NCBI GenBank assembly: GCA_038521865.1
Contig: JBCBKO010000002.1
Coordinates: 594,798-658,797 of the forward strand
DNA length: 64,000 nt
Direction of reading: 5' to 3'
Origin: Pseudomonadota bacterium
GTDB taxonomy: Bacteria > Pseudomonadota > Gammaproteobacteria > Steroidobacterales > Woeseiaceae
A program made the translations under genes and the position numbers. The notes below the pieces were generated by a model. The model was not told the DNA's origin. It searched no databases and was given only the letters and a program-made list of their open reading frames with translations. Of the stretch, positions 20,797 through 30,007 are shown piece by piece (within the stretch, counting starts at the first letter, position 1; each line of letters begins with the position of its first letter).

Positions 20797-21971
20797 GCCA
20801 TTTCCTGACTGTTCTCTTGAAAGAGATTCGCGACAACTTCCGTGATCGCCGAACCATGATGTCTGCGCTGGTGTTCGGTCCGCTGTTTGGACCAGTGATT
20901 TTCGCAGCAGTGATGACGCTCACACTGAAACAAGCAACTGGCGCAGCCGAGAAACCTTTGCCGCTCGCTGTCGTTGGCGCAATGAACGCCCCAAACCTGA
21001 TTGCGTTCCTCGAACAACAGGATACGGAGATCGAGCGCCTTGAGCTCGCCCCTGAGGCGGCGATCGACGCCGTGAAAAACGGCGATGAGTCGATGGTCCT
21101 CATTATTGGTGAGGATTTCGGTGAAAGCTGGGCGGAAGCGACGCCCGCACGGGTATCGCTTGTACTCGACAATTCAGATAACTCGACCTCGCGGCAAGCG
21201 CGCAGAGCACGCGGAATGATCGGTGCCTACGCAGGCCAGATCGGTACGATGCGCTTACTTGCGCGCGGTGTAAGCCCGCAGCTCGCAAGCCCCATCGCCA
21301 TCAATGAAATCGACACCTCGACACCGAGCACCCGAGCGGCTTTACTGCTCGGGATGTTGTCGTACTTCCTGCTGTTCTCGATGCTGGCGGGCGGTATGTA
21401 TCTCGCCATCGACTCCACCGCAGGCGAAAGAGAACGCGGCTCGCTGGAGCCCCTGCTGACGCTACCGGTCGGTCGCGGCACGCTGCTTCTGGGCAAATTG
21501 ACAGCGACGATATTTTTCATGTGCGCGTCACTGGCGATCGCGTTGACTGCGTTTTCTCTGGTGCTCGGGTTTATCCCGCTTCAGGAGCTCGGCATGAGCG
21601 TGAACTTCGGACCGAGACAAGTGATCACCGCGTTTGTGGTCACGGTGCCCTTCGCGCTGATTGGCGCAGCGCTTCTCACCCTCGTTGCGTCCTTCACCAA
21701 GAGTTTCAAGGAAGCCCAGAGCTACACGACCATTGCGATGTTGGTGCCGACACTGCCAATCATGGTCGCGGCCGTCATGAACCTTAAACCGAGTCTTGAG
21801 TGGATGCTGGTGCCCAGCATGTCTCAGCATCTGTTGCTGTTGGATCTTGTGAAAGGCGAAGCGCTGCAACCGCTGTATATCGGTGTATCGGTGCTTTCTT
21901 CGCTTGTTATCGGCGGAGTATTGACGCTACTTGCGATTCAGCTCTACAAGCGCGAATCGCTGCTGATGTAG
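20793..21971 (+). CDS. ABC-2 type permease (NatB-like)
   Basis: 392 aa with one N-terminal TM, a large loop, then 5 TM. The ATGA overlap with the ATPase gene was verified at 20793-20796. Confidence 0.7.
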   Translation: MSHFLTVLLKEIRDNFRDRRTMMSALVFGPLFGPVIFAAVMTLTLKQATGAAEKPLPLAVVGAMNAPNLIAFLEQQDTEIERLELAPEAAIDAVKNGDESMVLIIGEDFGESWAEATPARVSLVLDNSDNSTSRQARRARGMIGAYAGQIGTMRLLARGVSPQLASPIAINEIDTSTPSTRAALLLGMLSYFLLFSMLAGGMYLAIDSTAGERERGSLEPLLTLPVGRGTLLLGKLTATIFFMCASLAIALTAFSLVLGFIPLQELGMSVNFGPRQVITAFVVTVPFALIGAALLTLVASFTKSFKEAQSYTTIAMLVPTLPIMVAAVMNLKPSLEWMLVPSMSQHLLLLDLVKGEALQPLYIGVSVLSSLVIGGVLTLLAIQLYKRESLLM

Positions 21972-22003
21972 CGCAAAAAGCGTCGGATTATTGACAAAGC
22001 GTG

Positions 22004-22037
22004 AAGCCGGACGCGTTTTGCGACCGGCTTTATCTTT
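22004..22037 (+). terminator. Rho-independent terminator candidate after the NatAB pair
   Basis: AAGCCGGaCGC-gtttt-GCGaCCGGCTT stem-loop followed by TATCTTT. Confidence 0.5.
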
Positions 22038-22048
22038 AAGCTCGCGCG

Positions 22049-23230
22049 ATGACTCTTCCTTCTGACCGCGGTATACCGGCGCAACAGCGTCTGCGCCTCT
22101 CACGTTTTGCGATGGCGCTGATTCTGTATGTTCTGTGTGCCTTGGTCACGCTCGGTGGCTATCGGGCAGGCGCATTGGCTGTAGAGCCTGAAACACTGTG
22201 GGTGCTTGGCCTCGGCGCACTGACGACCAATGCCGCGATCGCATTCCTGATCACCAGCGGCATTAATCTGCGTCTGAAAGACCCTTCGCTGACTTTTATC
22301 CAATGCACACTCGGTCTCTCCTGGCTCGTTTTGTTTATGCACTTCGTACCGCAGTGGCGAGACCTGATGCTCGCACTCATCCCCATCGGCATCCTGTTCG
22401 GCTTATTCCACATGGATGCACGGGAATTCACGTTGCTGGCGCTGACGGGATTCGTCGCGCTCATGGCACTGACCACCTATGAAATCACCGTCGGACATCC
22501 GATCTACACGAATGCCGAGCTTGCCCTGCGATCTGCAATCGGCTCAGGGCTGCTTTTGTGGTGTGCATACTTTGGTAATCATGTGGGTCGATTGCGCGCA
22601 AGAATGAAGGCGCACAACAGCCAACTGGAACAGGCGATACGGGATATCACACGACTCGCCGAGCGCGATCACCTTACCCAGGCTTTCAACCGTCGTCTCA
22701 TCATTGAGATTCTGGAGCAACTGAGAAGCGCAGCGGAACGTGATCAGAGCACCTTCAGCGTCATCATTATCGATGTCGATTACTTCAAGAAGATCAATGA
22801 CCGGTTCGGTCACCTTGAAGGTGATCAGGTGTTGGCGTCCATTGCGAAGCGCGTGAAAAGCGAATTGCGCCTTCTTGACGAGGTAGCACCCGTCGGCGGG
22901 CGTGGGCGTGAGCTCGGACGCTTCGGCGGTGAAGAGTTCATCATCACGCTACCCGGAACTGACCTGAAAGGCGCCACTCAGTGTGCCGACCGGATTTGGC
23001 GGAGCATCCGGGAGTATGAATTCGACCATGCACTAAGGGTGACGGTATCTGCCGGTGTTGCTACATACGAAGCGCGAGAGTCTATCGACGATTTGCTCGC
23101 GCGCGCCGATCGTGCGTTATACGGCGCCAAACATGCAGGACGCGATCAGGTGCTTGCCACTGATCAGAAAACCGATCCGGGCTCAATAACCGGCATTGTG
23201 CGCTTATCGGATTATCAGCCCGAACGCTGA
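22049..23230 (+). CDS. Membrane-bound diguanylate cyclase (GGDEF)
   Basis: 393 aa: about 6 N-terminal TM, then a GGDEF domain with an intact GGEEF. No RxxD I-site at the canonical position (GRGRELGRFGGEEF). Confidence 0.85.
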   Translation: MTLPSDRGIPAQQRLRLSRFAMALILYVLCALVTLGGYRAGALAVEPETLWVLGLGALTTNAAIAFLITSGINLRLKDPSLTFIQCTLGLSWLVLFMHFVPQWRDLMLALIPIGILFGLFHMDAREFTLLALTGFVALMALTTYEITVGHPIYTNAELALRSAIGSGLLLWCAYFGNHVGRLRARMKAHNSQLEQAIRDITRLAERDHLTQAFNRRLIIEILEQLRSAAERDQSTFSVIIIDVDYFKKINDRFGHLEGDQVLASIAKRVKSELRLLDEVAPVGGRGRELGRFGGEEFIITLPGTDLKGATQCADRIWRSIREYEFDHALRVTVSAGVATYEARESIDDLLARADRALYGAKHAGRDQVLATDQKTDPGSITGIVRLSDYQPER

Positions 23231-23246
23231 AACCGCACGGCGATCG

Positions 23247-24620
23247 TCACTTGCCGATACAGAACGACGAGAAAATTTCTCCCAGCAGATCATCGCTGGT
23301 GAATCGCCCAGTGATGCCATCGAGTGACTGTTGTGCAAGTCGCAGTTCTTCGGCCAAAAGCTCGCCGGCACGCGTTGATTCCAGCGCCGCAACGCCATCA
23401 TCAAAATGGGCACGTGCTGCTTCAAGCAGTGTCATGTGTCGCTGGCGTGCCGTGAATTGCCCTTCCGTGGCGTCAGCGGTGCCAGCAACTTCGTTAGCGA
23501 GATATGAGGCAACTGATTCGATCCCTTCGCCCGTCAGGGCAGAGACTGCAAATACGGGTAACTCCCGATCCAACACCCTCAGCGTCTTCGGTATTTTGTG
23601 TGTCTCATCCGAGAGATCTCGCTTATTTGCAACGATCGATGCTGGCGCGCCTTTCTCGAGATCACCCAGCAATTTCGCGGCATCGCTTGCGAGCGTGTCG
23701 GAACGAATATCCACAACGACCAGTACATGATCAGCGCTCGCGGCGGCCGCGTAACTGCGTCGGATGCCCTCGCGCTCGATGACATCCGAGGTATCCCGAA
23801 CACCAGCTGTGTCCGTCAAATGTACTGGCACGCCGTTAATCACAGCATCAGCTCGGATCAGATCTCGAGTCGTTCCGGGAATTTCCGTGACGATCGCTGT
23901 GTCATCGCCGAGCAATGCATTCAACAGGCTCGATTTGCCAACATTGGGCGCACCGGCGAGCACAACGGTAATGCCATCTGCCAGTTTGCGTCCAGATTCG
24001 ACACTCACCATCAGCGTACGGAAACTCTCGTCGACCTGAGCAATACGGTCGCGCAAGGCGGCATCATCCAGAAAATCGATTTCCTCTTCCGGAAAGTCAA
24101 TCGCTGCCTCAACGTGAGTTCGTAACAGGATCAACTCCTGGCCCAGGGTGGCGACTGCCTCCGAGAATGCACCTTGCAGTGACCGCATCGCTGCACGCGC
24201 TGCCTGCATTGAACTGCTATCAATCAGGTCGGCCACCGCTTCGGCCTGAGTAAGATCCATCTTGTCGTTCAAAAATGCTCGTTCGGAGAATTCGCCGGCG
24301 CGCGCATCGCGGGCACCCGCTTCCCGCACCACTTGAATGAGCGCCTCCAGCACCATCGGACCGCCGTGCCCCTGCAGCTCGAGCACGTCTTCTCCGGTGT
24401 AGGAAGCCGGACCAGGAAAAAACAATGCGATCCCTTGGTCGATGGTGCGCCCTGATGCGTCTTTGAAATCACCAAAGACCGCACGCCGTGGTTGAGGCAG
24501 GCGGCCGAGTACCGCTTCAGCAATCGCTGCTGTGGCAGGTCCGGAAACGCGTACTACGCCGATGCCGGCATGTCCTGCAGCGGTTGCTTTCGCTGCAATC
24601 GTGTCGCTCGATGAGTCCAT
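23247..24620 (-). CDS. mnmE: tRNA modification GTPase MnmE (TrmE)
   Basis: G1 GAPNVGKSS, G3 DTAG, C-terminal CIGK. Start set to ATG 24620 (the ORF-track start 24638 is a TTG). Confidence 0.93.
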   Translation of the reverse strand: MDSSSDTIAAKATAAGHAGIGVVRVSGPATAAIAEAVLGRLPQPRRAVFGDFKDASGRTIDQGIALFFPGPASYTGEDVLELQGHGGPMVLEALIQVVREAGARDARAGEFSERAFLNDKMDLTQAEAVADLIDSSSMQAARAAMRSLQGAFSEAVATLGQELILLRTHVEAAIDFPEEEIDFLDDAALRDRIAQVDESFRTLMVSVESGRKLADGITVVLAGAPNVGKSSLLNALLGDDTAIVTEIPGTTRDLIRADAVINGVPVHLTDTAGVRDTSDVIEREGIRRSYAAAASADHVLVVVDIRSDTLASDAAKLLGDLEKGAPASIVANKRDLSDETHKIPKTLRVLDRELPVFAVSALTGEGIESVASYLANEVAGTADATEGQFTARQRHMTLLEAARAHFDDGVAALESTRAGELLAEELRLAQQSLDGITGRFTSDDLLGEIFSSFCIGK

Positions 24621-24716
24621 CGCGCCAAGGTCGCGCAATTCACGATTCGTTGCAATAAAGTACGCCGAATCCGGGTATATGCCCTAAAGCCCGCTAGCGC
24701 TCGAGGAACCACACCC

Positions 24717-25904
24717 ATGGCCAGCCAACCTGTTCAATTCACCAACCGCGATGGTATTACGCTAGCGGGTCTGATCGACCGTGCGCCCGGCGGGGAACGC
24801 GCAATGGCATTGTTCGCCCATTGCTTCACATGCACGAAGAACCTCAAAGCAGCAACCAACATTGCTAATGCGCTGAACACGGCAGGGATTTCGGTGATGC
24901 GTTTTGATTTCACCGGTTTGGGCAGCAGCGAAGGCGAGTTTTCGCAGACCACCTTTAGCAACAATGTCTCTGATCTCATTGACGCAGCGAACTGGCTGAC
25001 TGAACAGGGGTCGCCACCGGCTGTGCTGATCGGTCATAGTCTCGGCGGCACCGCGATGCTGCAAGCATCGTTGGAAATCGAATCGGCTGTAGCCGTTGCT
25101 ACCATCGGATCGCCTGCGACACCGGAGCACGTAACTCATCTGTTTGCCGATCACGAGGCTGACATTATTCGCGACGGGGCTGCCGAGGTTCAGCTTGCAG
25201 GCCGGCCCTTCACGATAAGACGCGAGTTCATCGAAGATCTCGGCAAGCACCCGCTTGCTGAGACGGTACACAAGCTACGCAAGGCGTTGCTGATTCTCCA
25301 CTCACCCATCGACGACACCGTCACGATCGACAACGCGAGTCAGCTATTCTCGGCGGCAATGCACCCGAAGAGCTTCGTCAGTCTGGATCATGCTGACCAT
25401 TTGCTCAGCAACGCAGCGGATTCGGCGTATGCAGGCACGGTGCTGGCGGGTTGGGCGAGTCGATATCTGGGCGATGCGTCAGAAACAGAGCGCAATCGTG
25501 ATCAGATCACCGCCATTACCGATGCGAGCGGTTTCACAACACCCATTTATGTGGGTGAGCACACCCTGATCGCGGATGAGCCCGCGAGTGTTGGGGGCTC
25601 TGATCTTGGACCGAGCCCGGTTGAACTGATGACGGCATCGTTGGCTGCCTGCACTAGCATGACGCTCAAGATGTACGCGCGGCACAAGTCGTTGCCACTC
25701 GATGAAGTCAAAGTGAGCGTGACGCGTGAGCAAAACGGGCGTGGCGATGACCAGGTGGTGACCTTCCGTCGTGACATCGAGATCGAGGGCGATCTCGACG
25801 AAGCACAACGAGAGCGCATGGTCGAAATCGCAGACAAATGCCCAGTGCACCGCACATTACACGGTACTGTTGAAGTGGTGAACCGTCTGATCGAGAACGG
25901 CTAG
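24717..25904 (+). CDS. Bifunctional alpha/beta hydrolase / OsmC-family protein
   Basis: 395 aa. The N-terminal hydrolase has GHSLGG. The C-terminal ~140 aa is OsmC/Ohr-like (..LAACTSMTLKMYA.. KCPVHRTL). Confidence 0.8.
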   Translation: MASQPVQFTNRDGITLAGLIDRAPGGERAMALFAHCFTCTKNLKAATNIANALNTAGISVMRFDFTGLGSSEGEFSQTTFSNNVSDLIDAANWLTEQGSPPAVLIGHSLGGTAMLQASLEIESAVAVATIGSPATPEHVTHLFADHEADIIRDGAAEVQLAGRPFTIRREFIEDLGKHPLAETVHKLRKALLILHSPIDDTVTIDNASQLFSAAMHPKSFVSLDHADHLLSNAADSAYAGTVLAGWASRYLGDASETERNRDQITAITDASGFTTPIYVGEHTLIADEPASVGGSDLGPSPVELMTASLAACTSMTLKMYARHKSLPLDEVKVSVTREQNGRGDDQVVTFRRDIEIEGDLDEAQRERMVEIADKCPVHRTLHGTVEVVNRLIENG

Positions 25905-25905
25905 G

Positions 25906-27621
25906 TCAAGCGCGCTGTTTCAGTCCCTCTCGTGTCACTACGCGATTGATCTGCCACTGCTGCGCTACGCCGAGGATCGTGTTCGTAAACCAGTACAAAA
26001 CAAGACCGGCCGGGAAGAACGCGAAAAATACCGTAAAGACAATCGGCAGGATACGCATCACGCGCGCCTGAATAGGGTCAGCCGGTGCCGGGTTCAACTG
26101 CTGTTGTGCCAGCATCGCGGCGCCCATAAGAAGCGGCAAGATAAACAGCGGATCGCGACTGGAGAGATCGTTGATCCAGAGCATGAACGGTGCCTGGCGC
26201 ATTTCTACTGACTCGAGCAACACCCAATAGAAAGCGAGGAAGAACGGCATCTGAATCAGGATGGGTAAACAACCCGCAGCCGGATTGACCTTCTCTCGCT
26301 TGTACAAGTCCATCATCGCTTCGGAGAGTTTTTGGCGATCGTCCTTGTAACGCTCCTGCAGGGCTTTCAACCTCGGCTGGAGGTTTCGCATCTTCGCCAT
26401 CGAGCGTCCGCTTTGCTCCGTGAGTTTGTAGAACACAAGCTTGATGAGAAGCGTCACGAGCACAATCGCCCAGCCCCAGTTGCCGATCACACTGTGGACT
26501 TTGGAGAGCACCCAGAACAATGGGTCCGCCAACAGCGTGAGAATTCCGTAATCAACGGTCAGAGGCAATCGATCAGATACCGTACGGAGCTGATCCTGCA
26601 GCTTGGGTCCGACAAAAAGCTCAACCGGAATCGTGGTCGTTGCGCCGGCCTCTACACGTACCGCCTCTCCAACGAAGCCAGCGAGAAATTGGTCGCCCGA
26701 CAATTTTGCCTCTAGTTTCGAGGGCGATTCGGCCGGCGGGACGATGGCCGACAAGAAGTGATGCTCAATCGCTGCGACCCATCCACCGGTGACACCACTT
26801 GCGGAATACGACGATTTACCGAGATCCTTAATCGTGTGTTTGTCGTACTCGCCGCCATCAAACGTGACTGGCCCGGCAAACGAATAGCTGTCAACGTCGA
26901 ACAGCGAGCGCTTTGGCACCTCAGCAACATGGACGATTCGGGCGTAGGGCGCCGCGTCCCACGCTGCCTCGGACCTGTTCTCGATATCAAGATCGAGAGT
27001 GATGCCATACTGCCCAGCTTCAAATGTGTAGCGCTTCGTGACCACTACGCCATATGCACCCTGCCAGACCAGCGGCACTTCGAGCGTGGTGGCACCATCG
27101 GTCAGCTCATATTCTGTCTGCGCAGCCGCGAACATCGCGCGATGGTTTGGGCCATTCTTGGAGTCGCGGGTTGCCAGACCAGAACGGAACACCGCAAAGT
27201 CGGATGGTTGGTCACTCAGCAGTTCAACCAGTACGTCAGGTGTGTCTTTATCCACGGGGTACGTCGGCAATGTAGCGGATACGATATCTCCGCCCTGGGG
27301 ATCGATTTTGATGTTGAGTACATCGGTCTTAACTGTAATCAGCGTGCGATCAGCGGCGGGCAAAGCGTCGAGCTGAGGCGTGACGTCGGTGTCCGCTGGC
27401 GCACCGTTAGATGGAGCTCCCAATTCCGGCAGCGCATCGAGTTCATCGGCGGGCAACGCGTCGGGCTCCCCGGGAATGCTTCCGGGCATGGCGTCAACAT
27501 CGATATCGGCTGAGGCTGCCTGGGCAGGTGGCTGTGGACCGTAGTCCTCCTGCCATTGTTGCCAGGTCATTAGAAGCAGCAGGCCGAAAAGCGCCCACGC
27601 GAACAAGCGTTGATTCTGCAT
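25906..27621 (-). CDS. yidC: Membrane protein insertase YidC
   Basis: 571 aa: N-terminal TM, large periplasmic domain, conserved C-terminal 5-TM core (..GCLPILIQMPFFLAFYWVL..). Confidence 0.93.
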   Translation of the reverse strand: MQNQRLFAWALFGLLLLMTWQQWQEDYGPQPPAQAASADIDVDAMPGSIPGEPDALPADELDALPELGAPSNGAPADTDVTPQLDALPAADRTLITVKTDVLNIKIDPQGGDIVSATLPTYPVDKDTPDVLVELLSDQPSDFAVFRSGLATRDSKNGPNHRAMFAAAQTEYELTDGATTLEVPLVWQGAYGVVVTKRYTFEAGQYGITLDLDIENRSEAAWDAAPYARIVHVAEVPKRSLFDVDSYSFAGPVTFDGGEYDKHTIKDLGKSSYSASGVTGGWVAAIEHHFLSAIVPPAESPSKLEAKLSGDQFLAGFVGEAVRVEAGATTTIPVELFVGPKLQDQLRTVSDRLPLTVDYGILTLLADPLFWVLSKVHSVIGNWGWAIVLVTLLIKLVFYKLTEQSGRSMAKMRNLQPRLKALQERYKDDRQKLSEAMMDLYKREKVNPAAGCLPILIQMPFFLAFYWVLLESVEMRQAPFMLWINDLSSRDPLFILPLLMGAAMLAQQQLNPAPADPIQARVMRILPIVFTVFFAFFPAGLVLYWFTNTILGVAQQWQINRVVTREGLKQRA

Positions 27622-27696
27622 AGAAACGGGTCGGTTGATAATGAGGTCGTTGCCGGTTGTCCCTCCGGCGGCGCTATTATGCTGAAAAAGTCGCCT

Positions 27697-28050
27697 TTAT
27701 TCGCGTCTTTTTCGCTGCGACGCGAGCCTTAGCAGTCTGGCGGCGCTGGCCCGAAGGGCCTCGCTCGAGGCGCGGGCTGCTTCCGGTTTGTTAGTGAACA
27801 CGTAATCGCCAAACGCAATGGCATCGAGCCCTAATCGGAACTGTTCGCGAATCTGCCGTTTGATTCGGTTTCGCTGCACCGCCAGCCGAGCGTGTTTTTT
27901 TGAAATGGCGAGTCCCAGGCGGGGAGGCTGTTCGCAGTCGTAGCGGATTCGGAGCAATAGAAGGTTGTCGCCGAACCGTTTGGACCGGCGAAAAACACGT
28001 TGAAACTGATGCGGTGTAAGGAGTCGCTTGCTGCGGTCGAAGCCACTCAC
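27697..28050 (-). CDS. rnpA: Ribonuclease P protein component
   Basis: 117-aa basic protein with the RNR-like motif AVQRNRIKRQIRE. Downstream of rpmH. Confidence 0.9.
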   Translation of the reverse strand: MSGFDRSKRLLTPHQFQRVFRRSKRFGDNLLLLRIRYDCEQPPRLGLAISKKHARLAVQRNRIKRQIREQFRLGLDAIAFGDYVFTNKPEAARASSEALRASAARLLRLASQRKRRE

Positions 28051-28133
28051 GGTATCAGGAGTGTTATTGGATGCGCGTCAGGCCGGGTGAGTGGCCAGGA
28101 AACCCGCTGTCCGAAACAGCCGAGTGCCGTGGT

Positions 28134-28268
28134 TCAGGCACTCAGGCGATGGCGACCCTTAGCACGACGGCGCTTCAGAACCAGACGCCCACCCTTGGTG
28201 GCCATACGGGCACGGAAACCGTGTGTGCGCTTACGCTTCAGATTGCTCGGCTGGAATGTTCGTTTCAT
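28134..28268 (-). CDS. rpmH: 50S ribosomal protein L34
   Basis: [44 protein letters not shown] (44 aa). Start set to ATG 28268 inside the longer ORF-track entry. Confidence 0.95.
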   Translation of the reverse strand: MKRTFQPSNLKRKRTHGFRARMATKGGRLVLKRRRAKGRHRLSA

Positions 28269-28451
28269 AGCGATGCCTCGTTGGCAGGCTGTGTCTGAAA
28301 GGCCGGCGAGAATAAGGGTTGAAGCGGTTTGTGTCAACGATACAGGCCGGTTTTAGCGCGATTCGGGCGGGCAAGTTTTAGCCTTGGCAGGAAAGCTTGC
28401 GAACGTATAAGCTACCCGGCCGCCTAGGGGGAGGCGAAGTTCGCGTTTGGG

Positions 28452-29798
28452 GTGTTTCTGGTGGTCGATTTCCATGATGATATCTGGCAGCGATGTCTGC
28501 CGCGTTTGCGTGCCGAAATAGGCGAGCAAGCGTTCAATACGTGGATTCGACCGCTGCAGGCGGAGCGCAGTGCGTCGGGCTTAAAGTTGTTTGCACCTAA
28601 CCGCTTTGTGGTGGACTACCTGAACGCGCAGTATCTCGAACGCATCCGGCTGCTGGTGCAGGAGGTGGACGCCTCAGTTGCCAGCGTAGAAGCGTCAATC
28701 GGCTCTTCGCATGAACCATCGATCCCGCAGAGTGCACCTGCCCAGATCAAGCCGGCGGGACAGACCGTTCCCATGCCCGAAAGTCGGTTGATGAACAACT
28801 TCACGTTCGATTCGTTCGTGGAGGGCAAGAGCAACCAACTCGCTCGAGCGGCAGCCTCGCAGGTCGCCGAGAATCCTGGACTCGCATTTAACCCGCTGTT
28901 TCTGTACGGCGGTGTCGGCCTCGGCAAGACGCACCTGATGCATGCCATCGGCAATGAAATGCTGCGGCGAAATCCATCTGCCAGGGTGTGCTACGTGCAC
29001 TCGGAGCGGTTCGTTGGGGATATGGTTCGGGGCCTACAGCACAACACGATTAGCGAATTCAAGCGCGCTTACCGGTCGCTGGATGCGCTCTTAATCGACG
29101 ATATTCAGTTTTTCGCTGGCAAAGACCGGTCGCAGGAAGAGTTTTTCCATACCTTCAACACGCTGCTCGAAGGGCAGCGTCAGATTATTCTCACCTGTGA
29201 CCGCTATCCGAAAGAGGTCGATGGGCTGGAGGAACGGTTGAAATCCCGATTCGGCTGGGGTTTGACCGTCGCGATCGAACCGCCTGAGCTCGAGACATCC
29301 GTGGCCATTCTGATGCAGAAGGCGCAAGCAGAGGGCGTAGAACTCCCGGATGAGGTTGCTTTTTTTATCGCTCAGCGTGTTCGCTCGAACGTTCGCGAGC
29401 TTGAAGGGGCACTGCGCCGTGTTATTGCTACTGCGAGCTTCACCGGACGCGAGATCACAATCGATAGCTGCAAGGAGGCTCTGCGCGACCTGATTGTTGC
29501 TCACGATCGTCTGATCAGTATCGAGAACATTCAGAAAACCGTCGCTGAGTACTTTAAAATCCGGATGAGTGAAATGTTGTCGAAGCGCCGTAGCCGCTCA
29601 ATCGCCAGACCTCGGCAGATTGCGATGAGTCTTGCGAAAGAATTGACTCGCCATTCGTTGCCTGAAATCGGAGATGCTTTTGGCGGGCGGGATCATACGA
29701 CAGTGCTGCATGCGTGTCGCAAGGTGAAGGAACTTCGTGAGACTGAACCGCGTGTGGATGAAGACTACAAGAACCTGTTGAGGAGCTTGGCAGGATAA
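28452..29798 (+). CDS. dnaA: Chromosomal replication initiator DnaA
   Basis: 448 aa: N-terminal [16 protein letters not shown]+ Walker [12 protein letters not shown]-terminal DNA-binding helix (DHTTVLHA). GTG start at 28452 (28461 also possible). Confidence 0.97.
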   Translation: MFLVVDFHDDIWQRCLPRLRAEIGEQAFNTWIRPLQAERSASGLKLFAPNRFVVDYLNAQYLERIRLLVQEVDASVASVEASIGSSHEPSIPQSAPAQIKPAGQTVPMPESRLMNNFTFDSFVEGKSNQLARAAASQVAENPGLAFNPLFLYGGVGLGKTHLMHAIGNEMLRRNPSARVCYVHSERFVGDMVRGLQHNTISEFKRAYRSLDALLIDDIQFFAGKDRSQEEFFHTFNTLLEGQRQIILTCDRYPKEVDGLEERLKSRFGWGLTVAIEPPELETSVAILMQKAQAEGVELPDEVAFFIAQRVRSNVRELEGALRRVIATASFTGREITIDSCKEALRDLIVAHDRLISIENIQKTVAEYFKIRMSEMLSKRRSRSIARPRQIAMSLAKELTRHSLPEIGDAFGGRDHTTVLHACRKVKELRETEPRVDEDYKNLLRSLAG

Positions 29799-29809
29799 GG
29801 TGGAAAAAC

Positions 29810-29842
29810 TGTGGATAAGTTTGGCAATAGATTTTATCCACA
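29810..29842. promoter_or_regulatory. Two perfect consensus DnaA boxes in inverted orientation (TGTGGATAA-N15-TTATCCACA)
   Basis: Read directly: TGTGGATAA at 29810-29818 and TTATCCACA at 29834-29842, starting 12 nt after the dnaA stop codon. Confidence 0.8.
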
Positions 29843-29884
29843 GCATACTGACAGCTTACAGGCCGTTTCTGAACGGCTTTGCGG

Positions 29885-29997
29885 CTAAGAATAATTAGTT
29901 AAGCCATTGTTTAAGAAGGGGTTTCTGAGGTTATGCACCGCGTGAGTCCCGCTTAATAACAATAACAACATGTTTTATACATACCTTCTTTCTTTAA
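29885..29997. other. AT-rich tracts in the dnaA-dnaN spacer (candidate unwinding element and/or dnaN promoter)
   Basis: CTAAGAATAATTAGTTAAGCCATTGTTTAAGAA, a 7/9 box TTATGCACC (29931-29939), then CTTAATAACAATAACAACATGTTTTATACATACCTTCTTTCTTTAA. Confidence 0.35.
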
Positions 29998-30007
29998 GGG
30001 ATAGCAC

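Noticed and set aside
28269-28451. The rpmH-dnaA spacer as the replication origin, as expected from Pseudomonas-type synteny.
   Set aside because: I read it on both strands. I found no TTATCCACA/TGTGGATAA-like box and no marked AT-rich tract. It looks like an ordinary divergent promoter region.
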